From Syntrophorhabdaceae bacterium (lineage in GTDB: Bacteria > Desulfobacterota > Syntrophorhabdia > Syntrophorhabdales > Syntrophorhabdaceae), in contig CAXXUO010000001.1 in assembly GCA_963666485.2 (NCBI GenBank), positions 1,216,001 to 1,280,000 of the forward strand: a DNA stretch of 64,000 nucleotides, given 5' to 3'. The position numbers and the translations under genes were made by a program. Numbering within the stretch: position 1 is the first letter of the stretch; the number at the start of each line of letters is the position of its first letter. Positions 9,199 to 17,994 of this stretch are shown here, piece by piece. The notes under the pieces are model-generated. The model was not told the origin of the DNA, did not search any database, and was given only the letters and a program-made list of their open reading frames with translations.

Positions 9199-10587
9199 TT
9201 AGAGCCAGTGAGATATCATGCGTGCGAAGAGCTCCCTGACCCTGTTCCACAGGGGCCTTCGCGACCACTCCTCGGCCAGGATCTGTTTGCAGTTCCCCCT
9301 GTCCTTTGCGAAGAGCGCTTCCATCTGGTCGGCGAAATCCGTGCCGAGGACGATCGCGTTGATCTCATCGTTGCGGATAAAGCTCCACAGGTCGAGGTTC
9401 GTGGACCCGACGGTTGACCATACCCCGTCGATCACCGCCGTCTTGGCGTGCAAGACCCTGTCCTGGTGCTCGTACAATTTTACTCCTGACTCGAGCAGGT
9501 CCTCATAGTGTGATTGGGCGGCATAGAGGGTCATTGTTACGTCGGTCAGTCCCGGCAGGACGATCGAGACATCGACGCCGCGTTTCGCCGCGCCCGTCAA
9601 TGCTTCCATCATCTGGCGGTCGGGAACGAAATATGAATTGGTAAGGTGCACCGAATGCTTGGCCTTCATGATGGCCGCCACGTACATGACGTATGTCGTG
9701 CGGTCAGGATCGTCGGGCGAGCCGGCGATGACCATGACCAGTTCCTTGCCCCTGGCCTCAAGCCGGGGGAAAAACCGGGCATCCTCTATGGGTGGACCTT
9801 TCTGTTTTGCCCATGTGTCAAGGAACAATGACTGGAATTGGGCGACCACAGGTCCTTCGACCATAATGTGCGTGTCGCGCCACCCGAAGGTTGTCTTGTC
9901 CCCGGGCCTTTGCGACCCCGGCGAACTCCCGGAATATACGCCGCTGATGTTGATCCCGCCTGTAAACGCTATCCGCCCGTCAACTATGATGAGCTTTCGA
10001 TGGTCGCGGTGGGTAATGAGCTGCCGGGTTTTTAGTTTAGCGGGATTGATGGGGTTGAATTCAACGACCTTACCCCCCGCGTCGACGAGTGGCTGAAAAA
10101 AAGAGGCCGGTGTATTCTTTGACCCGACACTGTCATAAATAATATGAACCTGGACCCCTTCCTGCTGTTTCCTGAGAAGGGCCTCGATAAACTGCCGGCC
10201 GACTTCGTCCTCCTCAAATGTGAAAATTTCAATATTGACGTGGTCGGTTGCATCACCGATCGCCTTGAGCATTGCCGCGAACGCGGCAGGGCCGTCGACG
10301 AGCAGGGTCACCCTGTTCCCGATCGTGAGCTTGCGGTGGGACAGCGCTTCCATGAGATAGGCATTGTCGTGGATGAGGCCGGATGAGTCTGCCTCCCTCT
10401 CAAGCCCGGAGATAAGCTTTTCGGAGCGCCCCTGCGGCAACGCGCCGCGGGGCCCTTCTATGGCAGGCGTCTGATGTGCGGGTATTTCCTTGATAAGGCT
10501 CGAAACATCAGGAAGACCGGCTGCACATCCGATGCATGCCAGTATTGCGGCGCACAGCAACACCGTGATGGATCTCAGTGAAATCAA
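9199..10587 (-). CDS. cls: Cardiolipin synthase (ClsB-like, lipoprotein-like N-terminus)
   Basis: Two HKD motifs (HRKLIIVD, HAKTAVID), WRDTH and GSTNLD. Confidence 0.88.
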   Translation of the reverse strand: MISLRSITVLLCAAILACIGCAAGLPDVSSLIKEIPAHQTPAIEGPRGALPQGRSEKLISGLEREADSSGLIHDNAYLMEALSHRKLTIGNRVTLLVDGPAAFAAMLKAIGDATDHVNIEIFTFEEDEVGRQFIEALLRKQQEGVQVHIIYDSVGSKNTPASFFQPLVDAGGKVVEFNPINPAKLKTRQLITHRDHRKLIIVDGRIAFTGGINISGVYSGSSPGSQRPGDKTTFGWRDTHIMVEGPVVAQFQSLFLDTWAKQKGPPIEDARFFPRLEARGKELVMVIAGSPDDPDRTTYVMYVAAIMKAKHSVHLTNSYFVPDRQMMEALTGAAKRGVDVSIVLPGLTDVTMTLYAAQSHYEDLLESGVKLYEHQDRVLHAKTAVIDGVWSTVGSTNLDLWSFIRNDEINAIVLGTDFADQMEALFAKDRGNCKQILAEEWSRRPLWNRVRELFARMISHWL

Positions 10588-10747
10588 GGTTCCCGCCTCC
10601 GGCCGGTCTTTTTTCTGTGATGCCAGGCTGGTTTCTCAAGGAAAAGTAAGTTTTCCCCGGTCAAAGTCAACGCGATAGAAACATAACTTTATGATTTTAA
10701 GGGCTTTTTTAGAACGGTTCCACGGACGTATTTCGGGCGGGCGGCGT

Positions 10748-11347
10748 TTATCCGGTTATTATTTCGACTGTTTGCGTGCCGCATGCCTCGAGTGCCGTTA
10801 AAAGATCACCGGCCTCCTGCGCCCCTTTTTTGCCAAGGGCCCTCAGCAGCGCTTCTTTATTGGGGTTGAGGCGGATATATTCCGCAAGTTGGAAGGCCTC
10901 GACGCATACGCCATATTTCAGGAGGATAGGCCCCACCTCCCCGGCAAGAACGTTGAACAGTTTGACGGTGATATACCCGCCATCCCCCCGTCCGGGGTGA
11001 CCGCCATCATTGTGATAGGTGATGGACCGCCGCATCGATGCAAGCGGGCCTTTGCGGCGCAGGGTTGCCCCGGCGAGCCCCGGCATCGACGACGACAGTG
11101 CAAGCGTCATACCGCCCGTGATCCTTGCTGTACTTATATCATCAACCGGCGAGCCATCGAGAAAAACGGTGCTCAGCCTTTTTTCGAGATATTCGCGCGC
11201 TATGCCGAGGTGATGGACAAGCATCTCTTCGATCGTCAGGCCCGGCAGGCACCGGACGCGGACCCCCTGCTGGAAGAGCAGCGTGAAAAGTTTTGCTGCG
11301 TCGTTTTCTATTTCGAAGCGAGATGGGGGATCGCAGGGTCCGGTCAT
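10748..11347 (-). CDS. Hypothetical protein with MoaD/ThiS-like (beta-grasp) region
   Basis: 199-aa ORF downstream of AOR; aligns by eye with the MoaD protein at 17195-17422. Confidence 0.6.
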   Translation of the reverse strand: MTGPCDPPSRFEIENDAAKLFTLLFQQGVRVRCLPGLTIEEMLVHHLGIAREYLEKRLSTVFLDGSPVDDISTARITGGMTLALSSSMPGLAGATLRRKGPLASMRRSITYHNDGGHPGRGDGGYITVKLFNVLAGEVGPILLKYGVCVEAFQLAEYIRLNPNKEALLRALGKKGAQEAGDLLTALEACGTQTVEIITG

Positions 11348-11370
11348 CCTTAATTATTCCTCCGGCAACA

Positions 11371-11404
11371 AAAAAAGGGAAAAGGGTATGCGCCCCCTTC
11401 CCCG
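11371..11404 (-). terminator. Probable intrinsic terminator after aor
   Basis: Minus-strand GGGAAGGGGG-loop-CCCTTTTCCC stem followed by a T7 tract. Confidence 0.55.
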
Positions 11405-11423
11405 GGCAAAATATGGGCAGCCC

Positions 11424-13160
11424 CTAAAAATTCAAGACCTTGTCGAGGTCTTCGTCTGGTACATCGAATGTCACATCGTGCGGCGCGACCTTCTGCGTTT
11501 TGAAGAACGCCGGCAGGCGGTCCTGTTCTTTTGTAAAACCGGCCCTGGTGTTGAAGTCACGTTCGATCTTGAGTACCTTCTGGCCAAGTTCCACGACGCT
11601 GTCCGGTGTCAGGTCGATGCCGTAAAGCGCATTGAGCATGTCAAGAAGGGCAGTGAATGTCTCGGGGATATCCATGAGGGCAAATGCAGTAAAGACACAC
11701 ATGCCCGTCGAATCGATCGCCGCCGTTGCCACCTGGAGGTTGCGGGAAAGCTCGACCTGCCCTTCGGCCTTCAAGGGATCTACGAAACCGCCGACCTTGA
11801 GTATATTGGTCGCCGTGGCATAGCCCGCCGTGTGGTCTGCACCCATCGTGCTTGTGGCATATGTGACCCCGAGGCCTTTTACTGCGCGCGGGTCATAGGC
11901 GGGGATCGCCTGTCCCTTTACGACGGGAACACGTTCGAGCCCGAAGACCCTGCCCGTTACCGCTGCCCCGCTGCCGATGATCCTGCCGAGCGGCGTTCCC
12001 TTTCCGACCTCTTTGACGAGCTCGATCGCCGCATCGGCATCCCCGTACTTTATGAGCCCTGCCTCCATGGCGAGCCCGATCGCAACGCCGGTATCGATCG
12101 TGTCAAGACCGGTATCATCCTCGATAAAATCCATCATCGCGATCTTATCGACATCGTCGATCCCGCAATGTCCGCCGTGGGACCACACCGTCTCGTATTC
12201 AGGTTGTTTGCTGACGAAGTGACCGTCCTTGTCGTTATATATCCCGGAGCAGCGGATGACGCACCCGCGATGGCAGCCGTGCGTCGGCACTCCATGCCGC
12301 TCGGTTTCAAGTCCGGCCATTGTTTCGCCGCTTATCTTTGCCGCGCCGGCAAACCGGCCTTCCTTGAAGTTGTAGGTGGGGTACCCACCGGCCTCATTCA
12401 GTATGTTTGTGAGGACGTTCGTGCCATAGGCAGGCAATGCCTCGCCGGTTACCGGATGTTTACGCAGTCCCTCGATAAATGCCTTGTTTGCCTGGCGGAA
12501 CTTTTCCGGATCTTTGGGCTGCCGTGTCGGCATATCCGTATCGTCGAGCACGATCATTTTTACGCGTTTCGACCCCATGACCGCCCCCGGCCCTCCGCGC
12601 CCTGCATGGCGGGTGGGCCGTCCTTCCATGTCCGTACATGCGATCGAGGAGGCGGTGAGCCTCATTTCACCTGCCTGGCCGATCGAAATGCACGAGATGT
12701 GATCCCCGAACTCTTTTCTCATCTTGTCAACGGCCGCATAATTCCCCAGCATCTTAAGGCTGTTGTCGACCTCTATCGTGACGCCGTCCTTATTTATCCT
12801 GATCCTGTAGAGATCGTCCCCCGCCGGTTTGCCCTCGAGAACGATAGCCGCATAGCCGAGCCGTGCAAGTACCTGCGCCGGCTGGCCCCCGGCGTTCGAT
12901 TCCTTGATACCGCCGGTGAGCGGACTCTTGCAGCCTATGGACAATCTCCCCGACATTGCCGCCTGGGTCCCGCTGAGAAGCCCCGGTGCGATAACGAGCT
13001 TGTTTTCCGCCGACAGGGGATGACAGGTCGGCGGGACCTCGGCCGCGATCATCGCCGATGTAAGGCCCCGTCCTCCGAGCCCCGCAAATTCACCCAGGGG
13101 GCTTACCGCGAATGCCGGGCCGCCTCCGGCGCCCATATTTATACGCACTATTTTTTCCAT
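11424..13160 (-). CDS. aor: Aldehyde:ferredoxin oxidoreductase (tungsten-dependent AOR family)
   Basis: GGRGL, KSPLTGGIKESNAGG, AGRGG.GAVMGSK, CHRGCVIRC, PEYET and AYDPR motifs. Confidence 0.93.
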   Translation of the reverse strand: MEKIVRINMGAGGGPAFAVSPLGEFAGLGGRGLTSAMIAAEVPPTCHPLSAENKLVIAPGLLSGTQAAMSGRLSIGCKSPLTGGIKESNAGGQPAQVLARLGYAAIVLEGKPAGDDLYRIRINKDGVTIEVDNSLKMLGNYAAVDKMRKEFGDHISCISIGQAGEMRLTASSIACTDMEGRPTRHAGRGGPGAVMGSKRVKMIVLDDTDMPTRQPKDPEKFRQANKAFIEGLRKHPVTGEALPAYGTNVLTNILNEAGGYPTYNFKEGRFAGAAKISGETMAGLETERHGVPTHGCHRGCVIRCSGIYNDKDGHFVSKQPEYETVWSHGGHCGIDDVDKIAMMDFIEDDTGLDTIDTGVAIGLAMEAGLIKYGDADAAIELVKEVGKGTPLGRIIGSGAAVTGRVFGLERVPVVKGQAIPAYDPRAVKGLGVTYATSTMGADHTAGYATATNILKVGGFVDPLKAEGQVELSRNLQVATAAIDSTGMCVFTAFALMDIPETFTALLDMLNALYGIDLTPDSVVELGQKVLKIERDFNTRAGFTKEQDRLPAFFKTQKVAPHDVTFDVPDEDLDKVLNF

Positions 13161-13387
13161 ACGATCACCTCGACGTGGATTGAATCATGTATCTTATATA
13201 TTCATTCTGTCACCGAAAACCCACATTTGCAACGGGGAAAAAAATGCGAAAAATATAATGAAAATAATTGGTTATAAAAATTACTTTTTGTGACTAATCG
13301 GGTGTTTTTGCAACAATAAATAACCATATATTTTCGTATCCGCATCTTCACTTTGCTCTTTATCCTCGATTCAGTTACAATGACCGG

Positions 13388-14287
13388 ATGAAGAAGCTTA
13401 TCGAGACGATCCCGAATTTCAGCGAGGGCAAGAACCAGGTCACGATCAGGAAGATCCTGGCATGCTTTGAAAATGTGAAAGGTGTTGCCCTGCTGGATCA
13501 TCATAAGGATCCCGATCACAACCGGTTGGTCGTGACGGCCGCGGGGGAAGCGGCCCCTTTGAAGAATGCCGTGCTGAAAGCAGTAGATACGGCCGTTAAG
13601 ATCATCGACCTCAGGAAGCACAAGGGTGAACACCCCCGCATAGGCGCAGTCGACGTCATCCCTTTCGTGCCGTTGGGGGGAACGACCATGGCCGAGGCCG
13701 TTTCGCTATCTCGCAGTGTCGCAAAAGAGATCTGGCTCAAGTCCCGTGTTCCCGTCTTTCTCTACGAAGAATCCGCGGTGCATCCCGGGCGCAGGAGCCT
13801 TCCCGATATCCGCAGAGGCGAATTCGAGGGCCTGACCGTAAAAATGAAGGACCCGCAATGGACACCCGACTACGGCGATCCATCCCCGCACCCCACGGCA
13901 GGTGCCGTTGCGGTCGGCGCGCGCATGCCTCTTATTGCCTTCAATGTGAACCTTGATACCGACAGCATGGCCATTGCCGGAGCGATCGCCCGAGCGGTCC
14001 GGCACCAGAGCGGCGGCCTGCGCTATTGCCGGGCGATACCGATAAACCTGAAAAAGCGCGGGATAGTGCAGGTATCCATGAATATGACGAACTACGTGGA
14101 GACGCCCCTTTATCGCGCCCTCGAATTGATAAGGATGGAGGCGCTGCGGTACGGCATAAGGGTCATAGGCAGTGAAATCGTGGGGCTCGTTCCCCTTGAG
14201 GCCCTCGTACAGTCATCCGCATACTACATGGGCCTCGAGGATTTTTCGGCCGAGCAGATACTGGAAGTGAAGCTGAACGAGGCGTAA
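13388..14287 (+). CDS. ftcD: Glutamate formimidoyltransferase
   Basis: PNFSEG, DPDHNRLV, HKGEHPRIGAVDVIPFVP, RRGEFEG and QVSMN motifs. Confidence 0.93.
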   Translation: MKKLIETIPNFSEGKNQVTIRKILACFENVKGVALLDHHKDPDHNRLVVTAAGEAAPLKNAVLKAVDTAVKIIDLRKHKGEHPRIGAVDVIPFVPLGGTTMAEAVSLSRSVAKEIWLKSRVPVFLYEESAVHPGRRSLPDIRRGEFEGLTVKMKDPQWTPDYGDPSPHPTAGAVAVGARMPLIAFNVNLDTDSMAIAGAIARAVRHQSGGLRYCRAIPINLKKRGIVQVSMNMTNYVETPLYRALELIRMEALRYGIRVIGSEIVGLVPLEALVQSSAYYMGLEDFSAEQILEVKLNEA

Positions 14288-14380
14288 GGCGTAAGGCGTA
14301 AGGCGTAAGGCGTAAGGCGTAAGGCGTAAGGCGTAAGGCGTAAGGCGTAAGGCGTAAGGCGTAAGGCGTAAGGCGTAAGG
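14281..14380. repeat. Perfect heptamer tandem repeat (GGCGTAA)x14, overlapping the ftcD stop
   Basis: Read directly from the sequence. Confidence 0.97.
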
Positions 14381-14430
14381 CTTCTCTTCACCCGTCAAAA
14401 AATTTAAAAAAAATGTCGCCCGCGCTAAAT

Positions 14431-14759
14431 TGCACTGGTCAGGATAAGCGTTGACAACTACAGACTCATAAATGAAGAGTCACGGTCTTCCGGTTAAGAT
14501 TGTTTCAGTGTAAGACGCTCCAATCGCAGAGGGATATCAGCTGCCACTCATTCATTGTCAAACCTTCCGGAAAAATTTGGGGGACGTCCTTAAGAAAGTA
14601 AGAAACTCCTCAAACAACTAAACGGACCGCCCTGCCGTTATTATCCCTGGACCGGGTGATTTTAAGTTACTTACTTTCTTAAGGACGTCCCCCTTTGCCT
14701 TTACAGTATAACGAGCTTAACCGGGAGACTGGTTGTCAACGCAAATGTTGACTAGGGCA
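14431..14759. mobile_element. Non-autonomous MITE (329 bp), TG...CA ends, 7-bp target-site duplication
   Basis: Left end TGCACTGGTCAGGATAAGCGTTGACAAC vs reverse complement of right end TGCCCTAGTCAACATTTGCGTTGACAAC; similarity continues inward; GCTAAAT at both 14424-14430 and 14760-14766. Confidence 0.8.
14579..14693. repeat. Inner element with perfect 24-bp inverted repeats (GGGGGACGTCCTTAAGAAAGTAAG)
   Basis: 14579-14602 is the exact reverse complement of 14670-14693. Confidence 0.85.
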
Positions 14760-14804
14760 GCTAAATACTTCCCGATATGTGGTATTTTTCTGAAAAAAAA
14801 TCTT

Positions 14805-14846
14805 TTAGCCGTTAGCCGTTAGCCGTTAGCCGTTAGCCGTTAGCCG
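14805..14846. repeat. Heptamer tandem repeat (TTAGCCG)x6
   Basis: Read directly; abuts the tauE stop codon. Confidence 0.95.
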
Positions 14847-14847
14847 T

Positions 14848-15606
14848 TTACGACCTGACATATTTGATTCCCATCCACACTCCAACCAGTGAAAACAGTA
14901 TTCGCAGGTAGAGTTCGGGAATGTGGTGCGCGAGGGATGCGCCGAGGTATGAGCCGGCGGCCGCGCCTGTGGCAAGTCCGAGAAGGATGGCCTTGTTTAC
15001 ATTTCCGAGCCTGTAATGGGTGTACGCCCCGACCGCACTGCCGGGCAGCATGGCGAGAAGCGATGTTCCCTGGGCGAGGTGCTGGGGCATCCCGATGAAG
15101 ATGACCAGCGGCGGCACCATGACGCCTCCTCCCCCGACGCCCATCATGCCGGCCAAAAAGCCGGTGAACGTTCCCGTGACGATGAGTATCAGGTAGTGAA
15201 GAACGGGCCCTGCCTGAAAAGACAGCTTGAGGATGGTACCCTTCGATACGAGGAGCAGGGAGATCGCTATGAGAAAACACCCGAATGCCTTCTTCAGCTT
15301 TTTCTCGGGAAGCGAGTGAGCGTACAGGGCGCCGAAGCGGGCCGTGATAATGGCTGACCCGGCAAGGATGATTGCTGCTAAAAAGTCGGCAGAGCCGAGC
15401 CACAGGTAGGTTATCGAGCCTATCAGGCTCGTGAAGATAATGGCGACGAGGCTGGTCCCATGGGCCTGATGCTGCGTTAAGCGCATGACCCAGGTCATGA
15501 GCGGGATCATAATGATGCCGCCGCCGAGCCCCGCAAGGCCCCCGAAGAAGCCGCCGCTCAACCCGATAAAGAGCCCTTTTGACTGGTCCCTGACAAAGTG
15601 CGCCAT
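14848..15606 (-). CDS. Sulfite exporter TauE/SafE-family membrane protein
   Basis: Two GLGGG/GVGGG repeats, AHGTSL and AQGTSL, multiple TM segments. Confidence 0.9.
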   Translation of the reverse strand: MAHFVRDQSKGLFIGLSGGFFGGLAGLGGGIIMIPLMTWVMRLTQHQAHGTSLVAIIFTSLIGSITYLWLGSADFLAAIILAGSAIITARFGALYAHSLPEKKLKKAFGCFLIAISLLLVSKGTILKLSFQAGPVLHYLILIVTGTFTGFLAGMMGVGGGGVMVPPLVIFIGMPQHLAQGTSLLAMLPGSAVGAYTHYRLGNVNKAILLGLATGAAAGSYLGASLAHHIPELYLRILFSLVGVWMGIKYVRS

Positions 15607-15630
15607 AGCCTAAAGACTATAGCACGCACC

Positions 15631-15695
15631 GGCGAAAGGGGAAAGGCGAAAGGCGAAAGGCTAACGGCGAAAGGCGAAAGGCGAAAGGCTAACGG
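15631..15695. repeat. Degenerate heptamer array (GGCGAAA/GGCTAAC), about 9 units
   Basis: Read directly, upstream of tauE. Confidence 0.9.
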
Positions 15696-15767
15696 GATGG
15701 CATAATAAAGGACTAACGCCATCATCCCGTGGTTAGGTACCTTTAGAACTTTCCATCCTCCCCTGCC

Positions 15768-15910
15768 GTCATTCCGGTGCTTGACACCGGGGTGACGATA
15801 CTGGTAACGGGAGCAGATCGTTCACGATATGGTAGTCGTTTATCTTGCATATAACCGCTAAAGGCTAAACACATTTCTCTGTCCGTCATTCCCGCGCAGG
15901 CGGGAATCCA
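15768..15910. repeat. Two REP/dRS3-like palindromes (15768-15796 and 15885-15910)
   Basis: GTCATTCCGGTGCTTGACACCGGGGTGAC and GTCATTCCCGCGCAGGCGGGAATCCA; same family as the copies at 37 kb and 58 kb. Confidence 0.8.
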
Positions 15911-16044
15911 TGTCGAGTTGCCTTAGTCATTATAGGGGAAATGGCCGCGTGAAATCAGGGATATCCTTATTGTTGTATTCCTTGTGCAGGTCTAATGTAT
16001 ATATGGGTTGGAAGGTCAGCCTAATAGCGCAAGGAGGATTGAAG

Positions 16045-16260
16045 ATGCGTTCTGAAGGCACTGTTGCACGGGTCACGGAAATTGTCGCCGATTCCACGAA
16101 GAGCTTTGAAGATGCTGTCATGACCGGTTTCAAGAGGGCATCGAAAACATTGCGGGGCATCACGGGGGTGCGCGTAAAGGAGCAATACGCGCAGGTAGAG
16201 GAAGGGGAGATCCTCAAGTTCCGGGTAACCCTGGATATTATCTTCGTCCTCGAGGGATAA
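16045..16260 (+). CDS. Dodecin-family flavin-binding protein
   Basis: VARVTEIVADSTKSFEDAV..G..RASKTLRGI pattern; AGGAGG Shine-Dalgarno upstream. Confidence 0.88.
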   Translation: MRSEGTVARVTEIVADSTKSFEDAVMTGFKRASKTLRGITGVRVKEQYAQVEEGEILKFRVTLDIIFVLEG

Positions 16261-16275
16261 ACAAAAAACAGGGTA

Positions 16276-17115
16276 TCACGCCCGTGCGGTCGCTATTATC
16301 TCCTCGCACGGAATTTTAATGATGTCCCCGGAGCGGAATTTCTCCGCTGCGGACATAACGGCACTCTCTATCCGCTTTGCGGCATCTTCGGGAATGTTCT
16401 TCAGGAGCATCTGCAGCCGCCCGCTTATCCCGACCACCGCCTCCCAGTATTCCCGGGCAGACACAACATCCATATCGATGGTGAACCTCGCGGTCTTGAT
16501 ATCGGAAAAACCGGTTACACCGAGAATGTGTTCAAGGCTCCCTTCCGCCCCGAGATCGAACCACATGGGCGCCCCCGGGACAATGGCCGCAGGCCATATC
16601 GTGCGGATTGCCCCGGCGACCATCCCGATGACGCACGCCCTGTCAGGTGTGCTCCACACGGACAGCGCAAGCCGCCCGCCGCCCTTCAGCACGCGATTCA
16701 TTTCTCGAAGCGCCTTTTCCCGGTCCGTCGTGTGGACGAGCCCATGGTTGCACAGGACGGCATCAAATGATCCGGCGGGGAAAGGAAGGCTCTCCGCATC
16801 TCCTTCCCTGAATGAAGCATTTTGAATACCGCGTGATCGCGCCTTTTCACGTGCCAGCTCCACCATGCCGGGGGCGAGGTCAAGGCCCGTTATCGTTCCG
16901 CCCGGCATGACAAGCGGCGCCGCCATAAGCGACGGGATTCCCGGCCCGCATGCCACATCGAGGACCTCTTCGCCCGCCGTCAAGCCTGCGGCTTTGAGCA
17001 GTGGCCCCGCATACGCCTCGAAGTTCCGGCTCCCGTATTTCTCATAACTTCCCGCCGTTGCACCGTATACTTCCCGCTCAATTTTCTTATAGTTCTCCGC
17101 ATCAAAACCTGACAT
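16276..17115 (-). CDS. Class I SAM-dependent methyltransferase (UbiE/COQ5-like)
   Basis: VLDVACGPG, GLDLAPGM and GDAESLPF..SFD motifs. Confidence 0.88.
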   Translation of the reverse strand: MSGFDAENYKKIEREVYGATAGSYEKYGSRNFEAYAGPLLKAAGLTAGEEVLDVACGPGIPSLMAAPLVMPGGTITGLDLAPGMVELAREKARSRGIQNASFREGDAESLPFPAGSFDAVLCNHGLVHTTDREKALREMNRVLKGGGRLALSVWSTPDRACVIGMVAGAIRTIWPAAIVPGAPMWFDLGAEGSLEHILGVTGFSDIKTARFTIDMDVVSAREYWEAVVGISGRLQMLLKNIPEDAAKRIESAVMSAAEKFRSGDIIKIPCEEIIATARA

Positions 17116-17137
17116 ATCACCCCCCGTGAAGCTTTTA

Positions 17138-17190
17138 AACCTTAAACCTTAAACCTTGAACCTTGAACCCGGAACCTTGAACCCGGAACC
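17138..17190. repeat. Heptamer array (AACCTTA/AACCTTG/AACCCGG)
   Basis: Read directly, intergenic. Confidence 0.85.
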
Positions 17191-17194
17191 GTCT

Positions 17195-17422
17195 TCAACC
17201 TCCCCCGATCGGCGGAAAAAGCGCGACGGTGTCTCCATCCGAGAGCACTGTTGCGTAATCCGCATGCCGCCCGTTGATAAGTATCAGAAGTACCTGCTCT
17301 TTGGCAAGGCCGTGCCTCAGCATGACATCATCGACCGTTGTCCCGTCTGGAAACTGCTCCTCCTTTATGTCGAACCGCCCGACCTGGAGGGTTGCAAAGA
17401 GCTTAACGGTGAGGTTGATCAT
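17195..17422 (-). CDS. MoaD/ThiS-family sulfur carrier
   Basis: VKLFATL...INGR...LSDGDTVALFPPIGGG, ending in GG. Confidence 0.9.
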   Translation of the reverse strand: MINLTVKLFATLQVGRFDIKEEQFPDGTTVDDVMLRHGLAKEQVLLILINGRHADYATVLSDGDTVALFPPIGGG

Positions 17423-17428
17423 GGCGCA

Positions 17429-17908
17429 TCATTCTTTTCCGCTTTTCATGTCGCGCGCAAGGGTGATTATGAGGTGGTTGCGATTTTCAAGGCGCTTATA
17501 TTCGATATTGCTTGAAAACCTTTTCATAGTTTTTGTGCTGAGCCTCGGGCCTGCCTGATCGGGATTCAAAGACCCGATGAACGGGTCGTCTTCGAGGAGC
17601 ATGTTGAATGGTTTACCCGAATCGACGATGGCAAGGACGAACTTGCCGAACTTGTCGATGTTGCACGAGACCCTGACCTCTCCCGGGGAGTTGTCAAAGG
17701 TAAACTGTATGATATTGCGAAGGGCCTCGTTCAATACTTTGTCGATCTCTTGTATCCTGCTGTCGGCAAACCCGCGCTGCCGGGCATAGCCGCTCGCGAA
17801 TTCCACGAATTCACCTATGGATCCCGTCTGCGCAGGAAGTGTCAGTTCCCCGAGCACCTCGTAGCGCCCCTGTGCCTTGTTTTCGCTCGTTCCGTTCTCT
17901 CCGTCCAT
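17429..17908 (-). CDS. Anti-sigma factor / RsbW-like HATPase_c_2 protein
   Basis: EALRNII (N-box) and DSGKPF; the G2 box looks degenerate. Confidence 0.75.
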   Translation of the reverse strand: MDGENGTSENKAQGRYEVLGELTLPAQTGSIGEFVEFASGYARQRGFADSRIQEIDKVLNEALRNIIQFTFDNSPGEVRVSCNIDKFGKFVLAIVDSGKPFNMLLEDDPFIGSLNPDQAGPRLSTKTMKRFSSNIEYKRLENRNHLIITLARDMKSGKE

Positions 17909-17994
17909 GTTATCTTCCTCTATTCCCCGTCTTTCCCGTCACCCATCGCCTCTACCCCTTGCCTATTACCCATAACCCATATACCCATCATTTT

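Noticed and set aside
11283..13277. 664-aa plus-strand ORF, and many other long antisense ORFs such as 34797-35936 and 53491-54672
   Set aside because: They are shadows of well-supported opposite-strand genes in GC-rich DNA and have no recognisable motifs.
14213..14398. ORF with (LRLTPYA)n repeats; likewise 37098-37301 and 37407-37766
   Set aside because: These are translations of non-coding tandem or REP repeats.
14732..14760. GTCAAC...GTTGACTAG resembling the 5' end of an IscB omega-RNA/HEARO
   Set aside because: The match is very short, no iscB or tnpB is nearby, and it is better explained as the MITE terminal repeat.
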